Below are positions 1-7,874 of a stretch of 38,253 nucleotides of DNA, in pieces. The translations under genes were made by a program, and so were the position numbers. The stretch is from the UHGV virus genome UHGV-0117864. The stretch is one strand, 5' to 3'. A model generated the notes under the pieces. That model did not search any database and had not been told where the DNA came from. It saw only the letters and a program-made list of their open reading frames with translations. Source of the DNA: a virus. Numbering within the stretch: position 1 is the stretch's first letter; every line of letters begins with the position of its first letter.

Positions 1-284
1 TAGAAAACACAACTACTGTAGACAGTAGAAAGCAGTACACACTAAGAAAAATAGCAAGTGCGACAGCAGTTAGAGTTTTAGGAGGTAAAGAAAGTCAGGC
101 ATATTTAGAGCTCCATCACAAGGTGTTCTGTCAATTATGGAGAGATTACAAGGATTATTTCAAAATTCCAAGTTATCGCGACACCCTAAAGATAGACTTC
201 GAAAAGGCAAAAGAATATTTAAGCGGGTGGCGTCCTGATCATAACCTAGAGATTGAGATTTCAAGTGTTAATAGGGTGAGTTAG
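1..284 (+). CDS. Antirepressor, C-terminal ORF6C part (continues from 37827 across the junction; 236 aa in total)
   Basis: Frame from base 3: ENTTTVDSRKQYTLRKIASATAVRVLGGKESQAY...LWRDYKDYFKIPSYRDTLKIDFEKAKEYLSGWRP, an ORF6C-type sequence; stop TAG at 282-284. Confidence 0.85.
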   Translation, partial: ENTTTVDSRKQYTLRKIASATAVRVLGGKESQAYLELHHKVFCQLWRDYKDYFKIPSYRDTLKIDFEKAKEYLSGWRPDHNLEIEISSVNRVS

Positions 285-503
285 ATGGACATAGTAAAAG
301 CAATTAAACAGGCTCAAACTGAAAATAAGTGCATCGCATTACCTAATAACGAGCAATGTATGGGAAATGGGTACAGGTTAAAATTAAAGCCATATCCAAA
401 TAACCTGATTTGTTTCGAATTTTATGGTGTGCAAAGAGCAATATCTCAGTACAGTATAGCTCCAAAAGAAATTATAAGTAATGATTGGATTATTGTAGAC
501 TAA
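285..503 (+). CDS. Small protein resembling the Tad2/DUF2829 anti-defence family
   Basis: 72 aa; N-term MDIVKAIKQA..K.I and C-term PKEIISNDWIIVD match the family pattern (M...EA...; P...D..A.DW.IV). Confidence 0.5.
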   Translation: MDIVKAIKQAQTENKCIALPNNEQCMGNGYRLKLKPYPNNLICFEFYGVQRAISQYSIAPKEIISNDWIIVD

Positions 504-525
504 GGCCATAGAAGGAGTAATTAGA

Positions 526-771
526 ATGAACGTAAATTTAGATTTAATAGGCTTGGAAATAAAAAATCAGGCTGATTCACTTGTCAGGGATTTATATAAC
601 GAATTAAAGAAAGAATGTGAAACATATGATCAAATAGATGAAAAAATAAAAAAAATTATTAAATCCTTAATTTGGAGTGGGAAGTGTAATCTATTTTTTG
701 CAAAATATTTAAATGAAGAACTAAAAATAATGTTAGAGCGTGAAAAAAGTGCGTTACAAATTGATAAATAA
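526..771 (+). CDS. Hypothetical protein
   Basis: 81-aa ORF with AAGGAG RBS. Confidence 0.7.
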   Translation: MNVNLDLIGLEIKNQADSLVRDLYNELKKECETYDQIDEKIKKIIKSLIWSGKCNLFFAKYLNEELKIMLEREKSALQIDK

Positions 772-776
772 CGCAC
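743..776 (-). terminator. Putative intrinsic terminator for the reverse gene 785-1048
   Basis: GTGCGTTA(749-756)-N12-TAACGCAC(769-776), with A6 at 743-748 giving a U-tract on the minus strand. Confidence 0.5.
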
Positions 777-784
777 GGAGTAAA

Positions 785-1048
785 TTAAATTAATTCAATT
801 TTTACAATTGTTTTTGAACCATAAACTACATTGTAGTCATAATTCAAGTAAAAGAAATCATTATTACAATCAAAATTCATAATTGAAGGGATTAATCCGT
901 TATGTATGTGATTTTCAATTTTAATTGTCTTATCCATCGATGTCAATGGTTCGCCTATATCATTTATACACGTAATTGGTATTATTTCATCGCCTTTGTT
1001 TAATATTAAATTTTCATTATTGGAAAAGGTAATTTTAGCTTTATTCAT
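785..1048 (-). CDS. Hypothetical protein, reverse-oriented moron
   Basis: 87-aa ORF; GAGGTG RBS; TGCTATAAT extended -10 on the minus strand near 1100-1109. Confidence 0.75.
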   Translation of the reverse strand: MNKAKITFSNNENLILNKGDEIIPITCINDIGEPLTSMDKTIKIENHIHNGLIPSIMNFDCNNDFFYLNYDYNVVYGSKTIVKIELI

Positions 1049-1116
1049 TATTTCACCTCGCTTTCATTTTTCTTTTCGATTGGCAGTGTCGATATATAAA
1101 TTATAGCATTAAAAAC

Positions 1117-1160
1117 CTTGGTCGGTTAACTAAGTATAAAACATATAGCCTGGTCGGTTA
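1117..1160 (+). promoter_or_regulatory. Tandem TGGTCGGTTA sites (putative antisense-RNA targets) in the leader of the Xis-like gene
   Basis: CTTGGTCGGTTAAC at 1117-1130 and CCTGGTCGGTTA at 1149-1160; the first is the exact reverse complement of 33613-33626. Confidence 0.6.
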
Positions 1161-1187
1161 TTAAATTTGTGGAAAGGAGCAGTAACA

Positions 1188-1481
1188 ATGCGTAAAACGA
1201 AAGAGAATATAAATAATATAAGAGAAGAAATTATATTTCAGGGACATGCCAATACTCAGGAAATACAGGCATTTATCCCATGCGGATATAAAGAAGCAAC
1301 AAAAATAAAGAATGAAATTATTGAAAAAATAAAAAAGAACGGCAAGACAGTGCTTGTTAGTGGGAGACGTGTATATATTAAACCGGTTCATCTTTTAGAT
1401 TATATTGATATGACCGAGAAGCAGATACATGAATACGCAAAAATGGAACGTGAAAAAGTCGTTAATGGACGTAGTGGCTAA
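1188..1481 (+). CDS. Excisionase-like DNA-binding protein (ICEBs1 Xis-like)
   Basis: AAGGAG RBS before ATG 1188; NTQEIQAFIPCGYKEATKIKNEIIEKIKKNGKTVLVSGRRV resembles the ICEBs1-type Xis wHTH pattern. Confidence 0.5.
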   Translation: MRKTKENINNIREEIIFQGHANTQEIQAFIPCGYKEATKIKNEIIEKIKKNGKTVLVSGRRVYIKPVHLLDYIDMTEKQIHEYAKMEREKVVNGRSG

Positions 1482-1562
1482 GAATATAAACTATGCAATT
1501 ATAGCAGTTAATTACAAATAAAGAAATACATCTTTTCTTGAAGGAAATAAAGGAGGACAAAT

Positions 1563-1985
1563 ATGGAAAGTATTTATGAGATACAAAAGGTTGAACTGCC
1601 AGTAACAAAAAATATTTATATTAAGGTAATGAAAGTTAATAAGGAAGGTTACTCTGCAAATATATACAGTGACCGCAGATGTGAAAATCTGTTACAATGC
1701 AGTACCGAATACAGTGGCTTTGTCATAAAAGACTGTATCTATCCAACAAAAGATGAAGCAGTATCAGAAGAATTGAATCATTTTAAAGATAACAACTATA
1801 TTGATGAAATTTTACTTAGGGACTGTGCACCAAAATATGAACTACCAGATCTTGATGATTACGTTCATAAAAATGAATTGGATAAATTAGAGATGAAATT
1901 AAAGCATTTAAGGGGCGTAATTTATATTCTTACTGCAACGGTAATTTTGTTTTCCGTATCAAACATTATTAGTCTAATGAGATAA
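1563..1985 (+). CDS. Hypothetical protein with C-terminal transmembrane helix
   Basis: AAGGAGG RBS; C-terminal GVIYILTATVILFSVSNIISLM. Confidence 0.75.
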   Translation: MESIYEIQKVELPVTKNIYIKVMKVNKEGYSANIYSDRRCENLLQCSTEYSGFVIKDCIYPTKDEAVSEELNHFKDNNYIDEILLRDCAPKYELPDLDDYVHKNELDKLEMKLKHLRGVIYILTATVILFSVSNIISLMR

Positions 1986-2001
1986 AAAGGAGTGTGTCAA
2001 A

Positions 2002-2196
2002 GTGGAAATTATTGAACGTTTAAATGAAATAAAACGGGTTGTCGATTCTAACACTTTAGAGGAGCTTATCGAAGCGTATCCGGATGTTGAAAAATATGTC
2101 CGCTTTGAAGTTTCTGTATACGCCGCAGTCGCAGCTGTAAGCGCATGTCTTATCGATAATCTGATAAAGGATATTGAAAATGGAAAAGTACATTAA
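2002..2196 (+). CDS. Hypothetical protein
   Basis: AAGGAG RBS, GTG start, 64 aa. Confidence 0.7.
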   Translation: MEIIERLNEIKRVVDSNTLEELIEAYPDVEKYVRFEVSVYAAVAAVSACLIDNLIKDIENGKVH

Positions 2197-2317
2197 CAGG
2201 CTTAATGCCAGAGGCTTTTATACAATCGTTTTAATTATTGTTTTGGTAGGTTTTATAGCTGCGGGAGCTTCTGGTATCATTCTCGATTTTATTGTCGGGA
2301 TAATAAAAAATATATAG
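2180..2317 (+). CDS. Small membrane peptide (45 aa; not in ORF track)
   Basis: MEKYINRLNARGFYTIVLIIVLVGFIAAGASGIILDFIVGIIKNI; AAGGA upstream; overlaps the previous stop. Confidence 0.65.
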   Translation: MEKYINRLNARGFYTIVLIIVLVGFIAAGASGIILDFIVGIIKNI

Positions 2318-2384
2318 GTTTTTAACAGTGTTTTTAGGGTACTGTTTTTATTTGCACCATTTTTAGGAAAAAGGAGAGCTATAG

Positions 2385-2540
2385 ATGTTAAAAAACAATA
2401 ATGAAAGAAAACAATGGATTGAAAATGAAGACAATTATGAAATCATCACTGTTTCAGAATTTGCCAGATACAAGAAGTCAAGACCGCTTGACGACGGTTC
2501 ATGCATAGTTGTTTTTGAAACAAAAATGAAACGCTTCTAG
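2385..2540 (+). CDS. Hypothetical protein (51 aa), possibly truncated
   Basis: AAGGAG RBS; MLKNNNERKQWIENEDNYEII...ETKMKRF*. Confidence 0.55.
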   Translation: MLKNNNERKQWIENEDNYEIITVSEFARYKKSRPLDDGSCIVVFETKMKRF

Positions 2541-2586
2541 AACAGACCTGCATAAGTGACATTGTTTCAAGGATGGCGAAAATGAA

Positions 2587-3084
2587 ATGATAGAAAATCT
2601 TAAGGGAGAGCTGTGGAAGCAGTACCGCGATACAGATTATTATTTTTCATCATACGGACGTGTAAAACGGATATACAGGCACAAAGAACGCCTTTTGAAG
2701 CCGTATAAAGTAATACGGCGGAAAGGTTCTGAATTATGGGTTGTAAAGGTCTACGGTAAAGAAACATCGATTTCAAGAACTGTATATGAGCTTTTTATCG
2801 GTACGGTTCCCGATGGATATAACATTATCCACCGTAACAAGGTACAGAGCGACAATGCAGCAGTTAATTTAAAAGCGGTATCTAAAAAGGAACTAGGCAT
2901 ACTGTACGGCGGAAGAACACGTATGCAGAGACTTATATATGATATGGAAAATAAATGCTTTTATAAGGGTACCAGAGAAGCAGGAAAAGCCCTTCACATA
3001 AGCAGGCAGACAGTTTCGGACTACTGCAACGGAAAGGTCAAAAAGCCTATGTTTAAGATAAGATGGGCAAGAGATGGAGAATAG
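2587..3084 (+). CDS. NUMOD4-HNH (homing-type) endonuclease-like protein with C-terminal HTH
   Basis: NUMOD4 ELWKQY..YYFSSYGRVK; HNH-like IHRNKVQSDNAAVNL; C-terminal TREAGKALHISRQTVSDYCNGK. Confidence 0.8.
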   Translation: MIENLKGELWKQYRDTDYYFSSYGRVKRIYRHKERLLKPYKVIRRKGSELWVVKVYGKETSISRTVYELFIGTVPDGYNIIHRNKVQSDNAAVNLKAVSKKELGILYGGRTRMQRLIYDMENKCFYKGTREAGKALHISRQTVSDYCNGKVKKPMFKIRWARDGE

Positions 3085-3086
3085 AA

Positions 3087-3375
3087 ATGCGAGCGGTTAG
3101 ATTTGGTTATGATTTGCTAAGAGTCGAAGATATAGAGCCAGCAGATAAATATGCTAAAGACATAATTGAAAATGCAGTATATATGAAAAAGTATGATACA
3201 TGTACCGAATGCTTTTTTTATGATTGATCTTAATGATGCCGATATAGAAAATGCACATATATACATAATTGATGATGATTATTATGAATCAATCATAACT
3301 AATTCATATGAAGAATTGATTTATTTCTATGATAAAAAACATAAAGATAAACCTCAGCAGTTAAGTTTATTTTAG
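3087..3375 (+). pseudogene. Hypothetical gene split by a frameshift at a T7 tract (3087-3227 and 3193/3220-3375)
   Basis: ATG 3087 with GGAG RBS stops at 3227; removing one T at 3213-3219 joins it to the frame ending QQLSLF at 3375. Confidence 0.5.
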
Positions 3376-3381
3376 AAAGGG

Positions 3382-3570
3382 ATGATATTTATGCCAAAAC
3401 CGCCGGTTAAGTATCTATTGCTAGATATTAATGATGTTACAAATGTTTGCGGTTCTATATGGAGTGATGAGCTTAGCAGGTTGTTGAAAATAAAGCCGAT
3501 CTATTTACCCGTATGGTTGTGCCACAATGGTGTTTTGGAAGGTAAGTATTACGTTGTAGAAGATGTTTAA
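3382..3570 (+). CDS. Hypothetical protein
   Basis: AAAGGGG RBS; probable start ATG 3391. Confidence 0.7.
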   Translation: MIFMPKPPVKYLLLDINDVTNVCGSIWSDELSRLLKIKPIYLPVWLCHNGVLEGKYYVVEDV

Positions 3571-3748
3571 ATACAACATTTACATAGAAAGTGAGGTAAT
3601 TGTACTACCCTTAGTTATTTATGCAGAAACAAGGGAAACAGCCTATAAAAAGGCAGTAAAACAGTTTAGAAAGATATTTAAAAAGAAGAAAATTACAAGA
3701 GTTACTATCCACAAAGATCATTATTATTTTGGTGGATTCGAATATTAA
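3563..3748 (+). CDS. Hypothetical basic protein
   Basis: 61 aa; overlaps the upstream stop. Confidence 0.65.
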   Translation: MFKYNIYIESEVIVLPLVIYAETRETAYKKAVKQFRKIFKKKKITRVTIHKDHYYFGGFEY

Positions 3749-3759
3749 AAAAAGAAAGG

Positions 3760-4323
3760 TTGAGAGAAATGAAAAGCATTAAAGAAAACAGTAAAACATT
3801 ATTATTAATTGTAGGAGGGGTTATTTCGGTAATTATATGCTGCTTTATCTGGATACAGACTACAGCGAATACAGCAATAGGATATGAGGAAAAAGTATCA
3901 AAAACTTTATCAGATATAAATGTTCAAGAAAAGCGAAGAATCGATCTTGTTTATAATCTTGCTGACTGTGTCAAAAATTATGATCAGCACGAAGCTGAAA
4001 CACTAAAGGAAATAGCCGAAACACGGAGCAACACTGATGAAATTGAGAATGTAAATACAATGATTAAAGCAACAGCTGAGGCATACCCGGATTTAAAAGC
4101 TGATAAAAATTATCAACAGTTTATGACCGAACTGTCAACAACAGAGAATTTAATAGCACAGCATAGAAAAAATCACAATTCATCTGTTGAGTCATATAAC
4201 CGTTATGTAAAGAAATTCCCGCAAAGATTTTTTTTATCGCTAGTGGGATATGAAAAAAAAGAATTTAAATATTTAGAATACAGTGCTTCAAGTGATGCTC
4301 CGCAAGATTTATTCGGTGAATAA
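3760..4323 (+). CDS. lemA: LemA family protein
   Basis: N-terminal TM; DINVQEKRRIDLVYNLADCVKNY..HE; AEAYPDLKAD.NY..FM.EL..TEN.IA..R..HN..V..YN..V.KFP. Confidence 0.92.
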   Translation: MREMKSIKENSKTLLLIVGGVISVIICCFIWIQTTANTAIGYEEKVSKTLSDINVQEKRRIDLVYNLADCVKNYDQHEAETLKEIAETRSNTDEIENVNTMIKATAEAYPDLKADKNYQQFMTELSTTENLIAQHRKNHNSSVESYNRYVKKFPQRFFLSLVGYEKKEFKYLEYSASSDAPQDLFGE

Positions 4324-4324
4324 A

Positions 4325-5077
4325 ATGAAATGGGACAAGAAAGCATTTTCCATTAATGGTATAGAGATAAAGGCCAGAGAATTGATTTTCTGTATCACAA
4401 TACTAGCTGTAATGATTTTTGTCGGTTTGTTAATAAACGGAGCAATGGAGCAATCAAAAATAGATAAAGATGATCAGTATTTAAGTGCTTTGAAAGTAAC
4501 AGATAAAGAAATGTTTGAATATGGTATCAATACCAATGTTGGGGATGCATTTGCATATTCTACATTAGAAGCTGTTGATACTGTTACATATCCGGAAATT
4601 GGTGACAAATATATGTACATCGAAAAAGTAGAACAACATTACACTATGCATACTAGAACGGTTTGTAGTGGGAGCGGCAAAAACAGAACATGTCGAACCG
4701 AAATATATTGGACGTGGGATACTGTAAGCCGGGAATCTAAACATAGTAAAAAAATTAAATTTTATGATCATGTGTTTCCTTATAATAAGATAGATATGCC
4801 TGAAAGCAGGTATTTAAAGACAATTCATGAATCTGGAACAATAAGATATAAATATTATATTTTAAAGACAAAATATAAAGGTACTATTTTTACTTCATTC
4901 AAAAATAATACAATCGAAGATAATTCAAAATTTTATAAAAACAAAAAAATAAATGATGCTGTAGAAAGTTTAACCAGTGAAGATACATCATTAGTCGTAT
5001 TTAGAATAATCTGGACAATTTTAACGATAGGTTCAGTGATTGGATTCATAGCAGCAGATAATAAATGGCTTGATTAA
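4325..5077 (+). CDS. LemA-associated membrane protein (two TM helices flanking an extracytoplasmic domain)
   Basis: TM LIFCITILAVMIFVGLLI and C-terminal VVFRIIWTILTIGSVIGFIA; ATG 4325 immediately after the lemA stop. Confidence 0.75.
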   Translation: MKWDKKAFSINGIEIKARELIFCITILAVMIFVGLLINGAMEQSKIDKDDQYLSALKVTDKEMFEYGINTNVGDAFAYSTLEAVDTVTYPEIGDKYMYIEKVEQHYTMHTRTVCSGSGKNRTCRTEIYWTWDTVSRESKHSKKIKFYDHVFPYNKIDMPESRYLKTIHESGTIRYKYYILKTKYKGTIFTSFKNNTIEDNSKFYKNKKINDAVESLTSEDTSLVVFRIIWTILTIGSVIGFIAADNKWLD

Positions 5078-5091
5078 AAAGGAGTAGCAAA

Positions 5092-5298
5092 ATGAAGATA
5101 ACTTATGAAGAATTTAATGATCTGCAAAGACTGCAGAAAATAAGGGACTATGCTCAGGAAATCTTTAATACATTAATTTGTTTAGGATACATCGCTGAAA
5201 ATAAGCACAGCAAAAAAATTACGGCAATGACAACTGAAATTAAAGCAATCGAAGATGATGCAGTTGAAAATATTAGAAAAACGATTGAAGGAGAGTAA
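5092..5298 (+). CDS. Hypothetical protein
   Basis: AAGGAG RBS, 68 aa. Confidence 0.7.
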   Translation: MKITYEEFNDLQRLQKIRDYAQEIFNTLICLGYIAENKHSKKITAMTTEIKAIEDDAVENIRKTIEGE

Positions 5299-5307
5299 CA
5301 ACAATTA

Positions 5308-5439
5308 ATGAAAAAAATATTTTTAACAATAGCTGCTACTGAGCTGATGCTGTTCTTAATAAAACCGCAATCTAAATTAGCATTAGTGTTAGCCTTCTTT
5401 TATGGATTCTTAGCATTTTTGGAGGATAGAAAATCATAA
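5308..5439 (+). CDS. Small membrane peptide (43 aa; not in ORF track)
   Basis: MKKIFLTIAATELMLFLIKPQSKLALVLAFFYGFLAFLEDRKS; AAGGAG upstream. Confidence 0.55.
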   Translation: MKKIFLTIAATELMLFLIKPQSKLALVLAFFYGFLAFLEDRKS

Positions 5440-5533
5440 AAACTATTTTAATAAAAAAATTCCTCTAATCCGTTGGTACATATGGGATTAGAGAGAAAAT
5501 ATAAATGCAATATAATATATAGGTTATATTGCG
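5438..5533 (+). repeat. 96-bp direct repeat copy 1 (putative tyrosine-recombinase site)
   Basis: 83/96 identical, ungapped, to 10728-10823; contains CTCTAATCC-N13-GGATTAGAG and GCAATATAA-TATATAGG-TTATATTGC. Confidence 0.9.
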
Positions 5534-5612
5534 CACCGATTCCATCTAAAAAAGGTGTAAAAATGCAAAAAAGCAAAGTGTTGATTGATTGAAAATTTAA
5601 CAGGAGGAGCGT

Positions 5613-6464
5613 ATGAAAAAGAAAGATTTGGAAAAAAATCTTGATCTATGGATAATCGAGCAGAAACATGATGAACTGGCAGAAAATACATTAAAATCAT
5701 ATAAAAATGGAATATCTAAATTCATCACTTGGCTTGAAGACAGTGGATATTGTGATGTTGATATTTCAAAAGACATTACAATCGAATATAAAAGTTATCT
5801 TCGTGATATATCCGATTCAGTCAATTCAGCAAACAGCTGGATAACAACACTTAATAAATTTTTTAAATGGCTTGATATGCCTGAACTTAAAATCAAAAAA
5901 ATAAGACAGCAGGCAGCTTTTAACAATGAAGATGTATTAACAATAGAAGACTATAAAAGGCTTCTAAGAATGGCTAAAAGAATGAATATGATGCAGACAT
6001 ACTACATCATGCTTACTCTGGCAATGACTGGAATACGTATAGAAGAGCTTAAGTATTTTACAGTCGAAAATTTGGAGAAGTACTATATCAAGGTTTTCAA
6101 TAAAGGAAAAGAAAGAGTTGTTCCGGTTCGTCAGGATCTAAGGAGAGAATTAAAGAAATACTGCAAAGAAAATAAAATTACTACAGGATATATATTTCTT
6201 GGGAAGAAAGACGGGAAGATGCCGGCCAAAAGCACGATATGGCGAAGAATGAAAAAAATAGCAGGAATGGCTAGGGTAAAAAAAGAATATGTGCATGCAC
6301 ATTCCTTTAGGCATTTATTTGCACGAGTGTTTCTAAATCAAAACAGTGGCAATTATTTAGATTTGGCTGATATTCTCGGTCATACAGACTTAAAAACTAC
6401 TCGTAAGTATACAACACTCTCAAACGAACAAAAACGTCGCAAACTCGAAAATTTGAAATTTTAG
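5613..6464 (+). CDS. Xer/Cre-type tyrosine recombinase (no arm-binding domain)
   Basis: SAM-like N-term (LAENTLKSYKNGISKF); catalytic TGIRIEEL, NKGK, HAHSFRH, LGH and TRKY all intact; 283 aa. Confidence 0.95.
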   Translation: MKKKDLEKNLDLWIIEQKHDELAENTLKSYKNGISKFITWLEDSGYCDVDISKDITIEYKSYLRDISDSVNSANSWITTLNKFFKWLDMPELKIKKIRQQAAFNNEDVLTIEDYKRLLRMAKRMNMMQTYYIMLTLAMTGIRIEELKYFTVENLEKYYIKVFNKGKERVVPVRQDLRRELKKYCKENKITTGYIFLGKKDGKMPAKSTIWRRMKKIAGMARVKKEYVHAHSFRHLFARVFLNQNSGNYLDLADILGHTDLKTTRKYTTLSNEQKRRKLENLKF

Positions 6465-6474
6465 AGGTGATTGA

Positions 6475-6588
6475 ATGATAAGCGATTTTTGGTTAGGTGT
6501 GATCCTAACTGTATGTATAGAAGCAATAATAACAATTTTAATCGTTGATTATTTAGGTCAGAAAGAAAAGGATGATGAAGATGAGTAA
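6475..6588 (+). CDS. Small membrane peptide (37 aa; not in ORF track)
   Basis: GAGGTG RBS; MISDFWLGVILTVCIEAIITILIVDYLGQKEKDDEDE. Confidence 0.65.
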   Translation: MISDFWLGVILTVCIEAIITILIVDYLGQKEKDDEDE

Positions 6589-7732
6589 ATTAACAAAAAA
6601 AGAGCGTTTATTACATTCTTTAATTGGAATAAAACAATTATTTAATAATCTAGGCGTTGAGGATTTAAAAAATGAAATAGTTCTAAAAGATGGTACAACA
6701 GAAACAATAGATTGCTATAAAGAAATAGAGACATTTGTTGTTGATTTTATTAATAATGAAGTTGATGAAGCAACGCCTAGAAAGCCTATTGTTTCATTTC
6801 CAATGGGGGATTGTTATTATACTTGTCCTTGTTGTGGTAATTTACTTATTGAAAAAAGAATTGTTATTTCCCCAAGTGGTAAAAATTTAATTAAAAATTT
6901 TGCATATTGCAGTAAATGTGGCGAGGCGATAGATTGGAGGTCGTTAAAGTTGAGAACGGTTTTATGTTATCCAGGCTCAAAACAAAAGATAAAAGGATGT
7001 TTATTATCGCTTATCCCTGAACATAAAGTTTATCTTGAGCCATTTTTTGGATCAGGATCTATATTTTTTGATAAGGAAAAAGCAAAAATTGAAGTGATTA
7101 ATGATATTGATAATGAGGTCTATAATTATTTTAAAGTCCTAAGAGATCATCCCAATGAAATTATAGAGAAAATAACATTTACACCATTTTCAAGTTTAGA
7201 GTATAAAAAAGCTTGTGATTTGAATGTAAATGATGATTCTATTGAAAAAGCTAGGAAGTTTGCTATACGCTGCTATTTTGGTATTGGTAATTCGGCCGTT
7301 TATCAAAATGGTTTTAGAAGATCGAAAAGTGCAACAAGCTCAAATAAAGCCAAAACATGGAATGAGTTACCCGTGCAATTACAAGAGGCAAGTTTGAGAT
7401 TAAAAAATGCAATTATCGAAAATGATAATGCTTTAAATCTTATAGAACGTTATAACAATAAAGATGTTTTTATATATTGTGATCCACCATATGTATTAAG
7501 TACAAGAAAAGAACACTTGTATAAATATGATATGCCAGATGATCAGCATATTAAATTGTTAAAGATTTTAAATAGCCATAAAGGAAAAGTAATGATTAGT
7601 GGATATGATAATGATTTATATAATGATTTACTAAGCGGATGGCATAAAGAGTGTATTGAAACCTCGGCAGAAAGAAGCAAACGCATTGAGTGCATATGGA
7701 TGAATTATGAAATACAACAAACTTTATTTTAA
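6572..7732 (+). CDS. Zn-ribbon domain fused in frame to a D12-class (Dam-like) N6-adenine DNA methyltransferase; internal GGAGG/TTG start at 6950
   Basis: CPCCG...CSKCG; MTase motifs YPGSK, EPFFGSG, NDID, DPPY, MISGY. Confidence 0.88.
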   Translation: MMKMSKLTKKERLLHSLIGIKQLFNNLGVEDLKNEIVLKDGTTETIDCYKEIETFVVDFINNEVDEATPRKPIVSFPMGDCYYTCPCCGNLLIEKRIVISPSGKNLIKNFAYCSKCGEAIDWRSLKLRTVLCYPGSKQKIKGCLLSLIPEHKVYLEPFFGSGSIFFDKEKAKIEVINDIDNEVYNYFKVLRDHPNEIIEKITFTPFSSLEYKKACDLNVNDDSIEKARKFAIRCYFGIGNSAVYQNGFRRSKSATSSNKAKTWNELPVQLQEASLRLKNAIIENDNALNLIERYNNKDVFIYCDPPYVLSTRKEHLYKYDMPDDQHIKLLKILNSHKGKVMISGYDNDLYNDLLSGWHKECIETSAERSKRIECIWMNYEIQQTLF

Positions 7733-7766
7733 TGAAGATTTATAGATAATTATGAGGTAATTAAAA

Positions 7767-7874
7767 ATGACGTCTAAACAAATGGCATTCGTATTTTTTC
7801 TAATAATGTTTATTGCGTTTATTTTGTCGCTCGTTTTGGGAATTAGATATTTATTTAAGGAATGGAGGGGTTGA
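7767..7874 (+). CDS. Small membrane peptide (35 aa; not in ORF track)
   Basis: GAGGT RBS; MTSKQMAFVFFLIMFIAFILSLVLGIRYLFKEWRG. Confidence 0.65.
   Translation: MTSKQMAFVFFLIMFIAFILSLVLGIRYLFKEWRG

Noticed and set aside
2324..2352. Terminator AACAGTG...TACTGTT-TTTA
   Set aside because: The stem relies on several G-U pairs; too weak to call.
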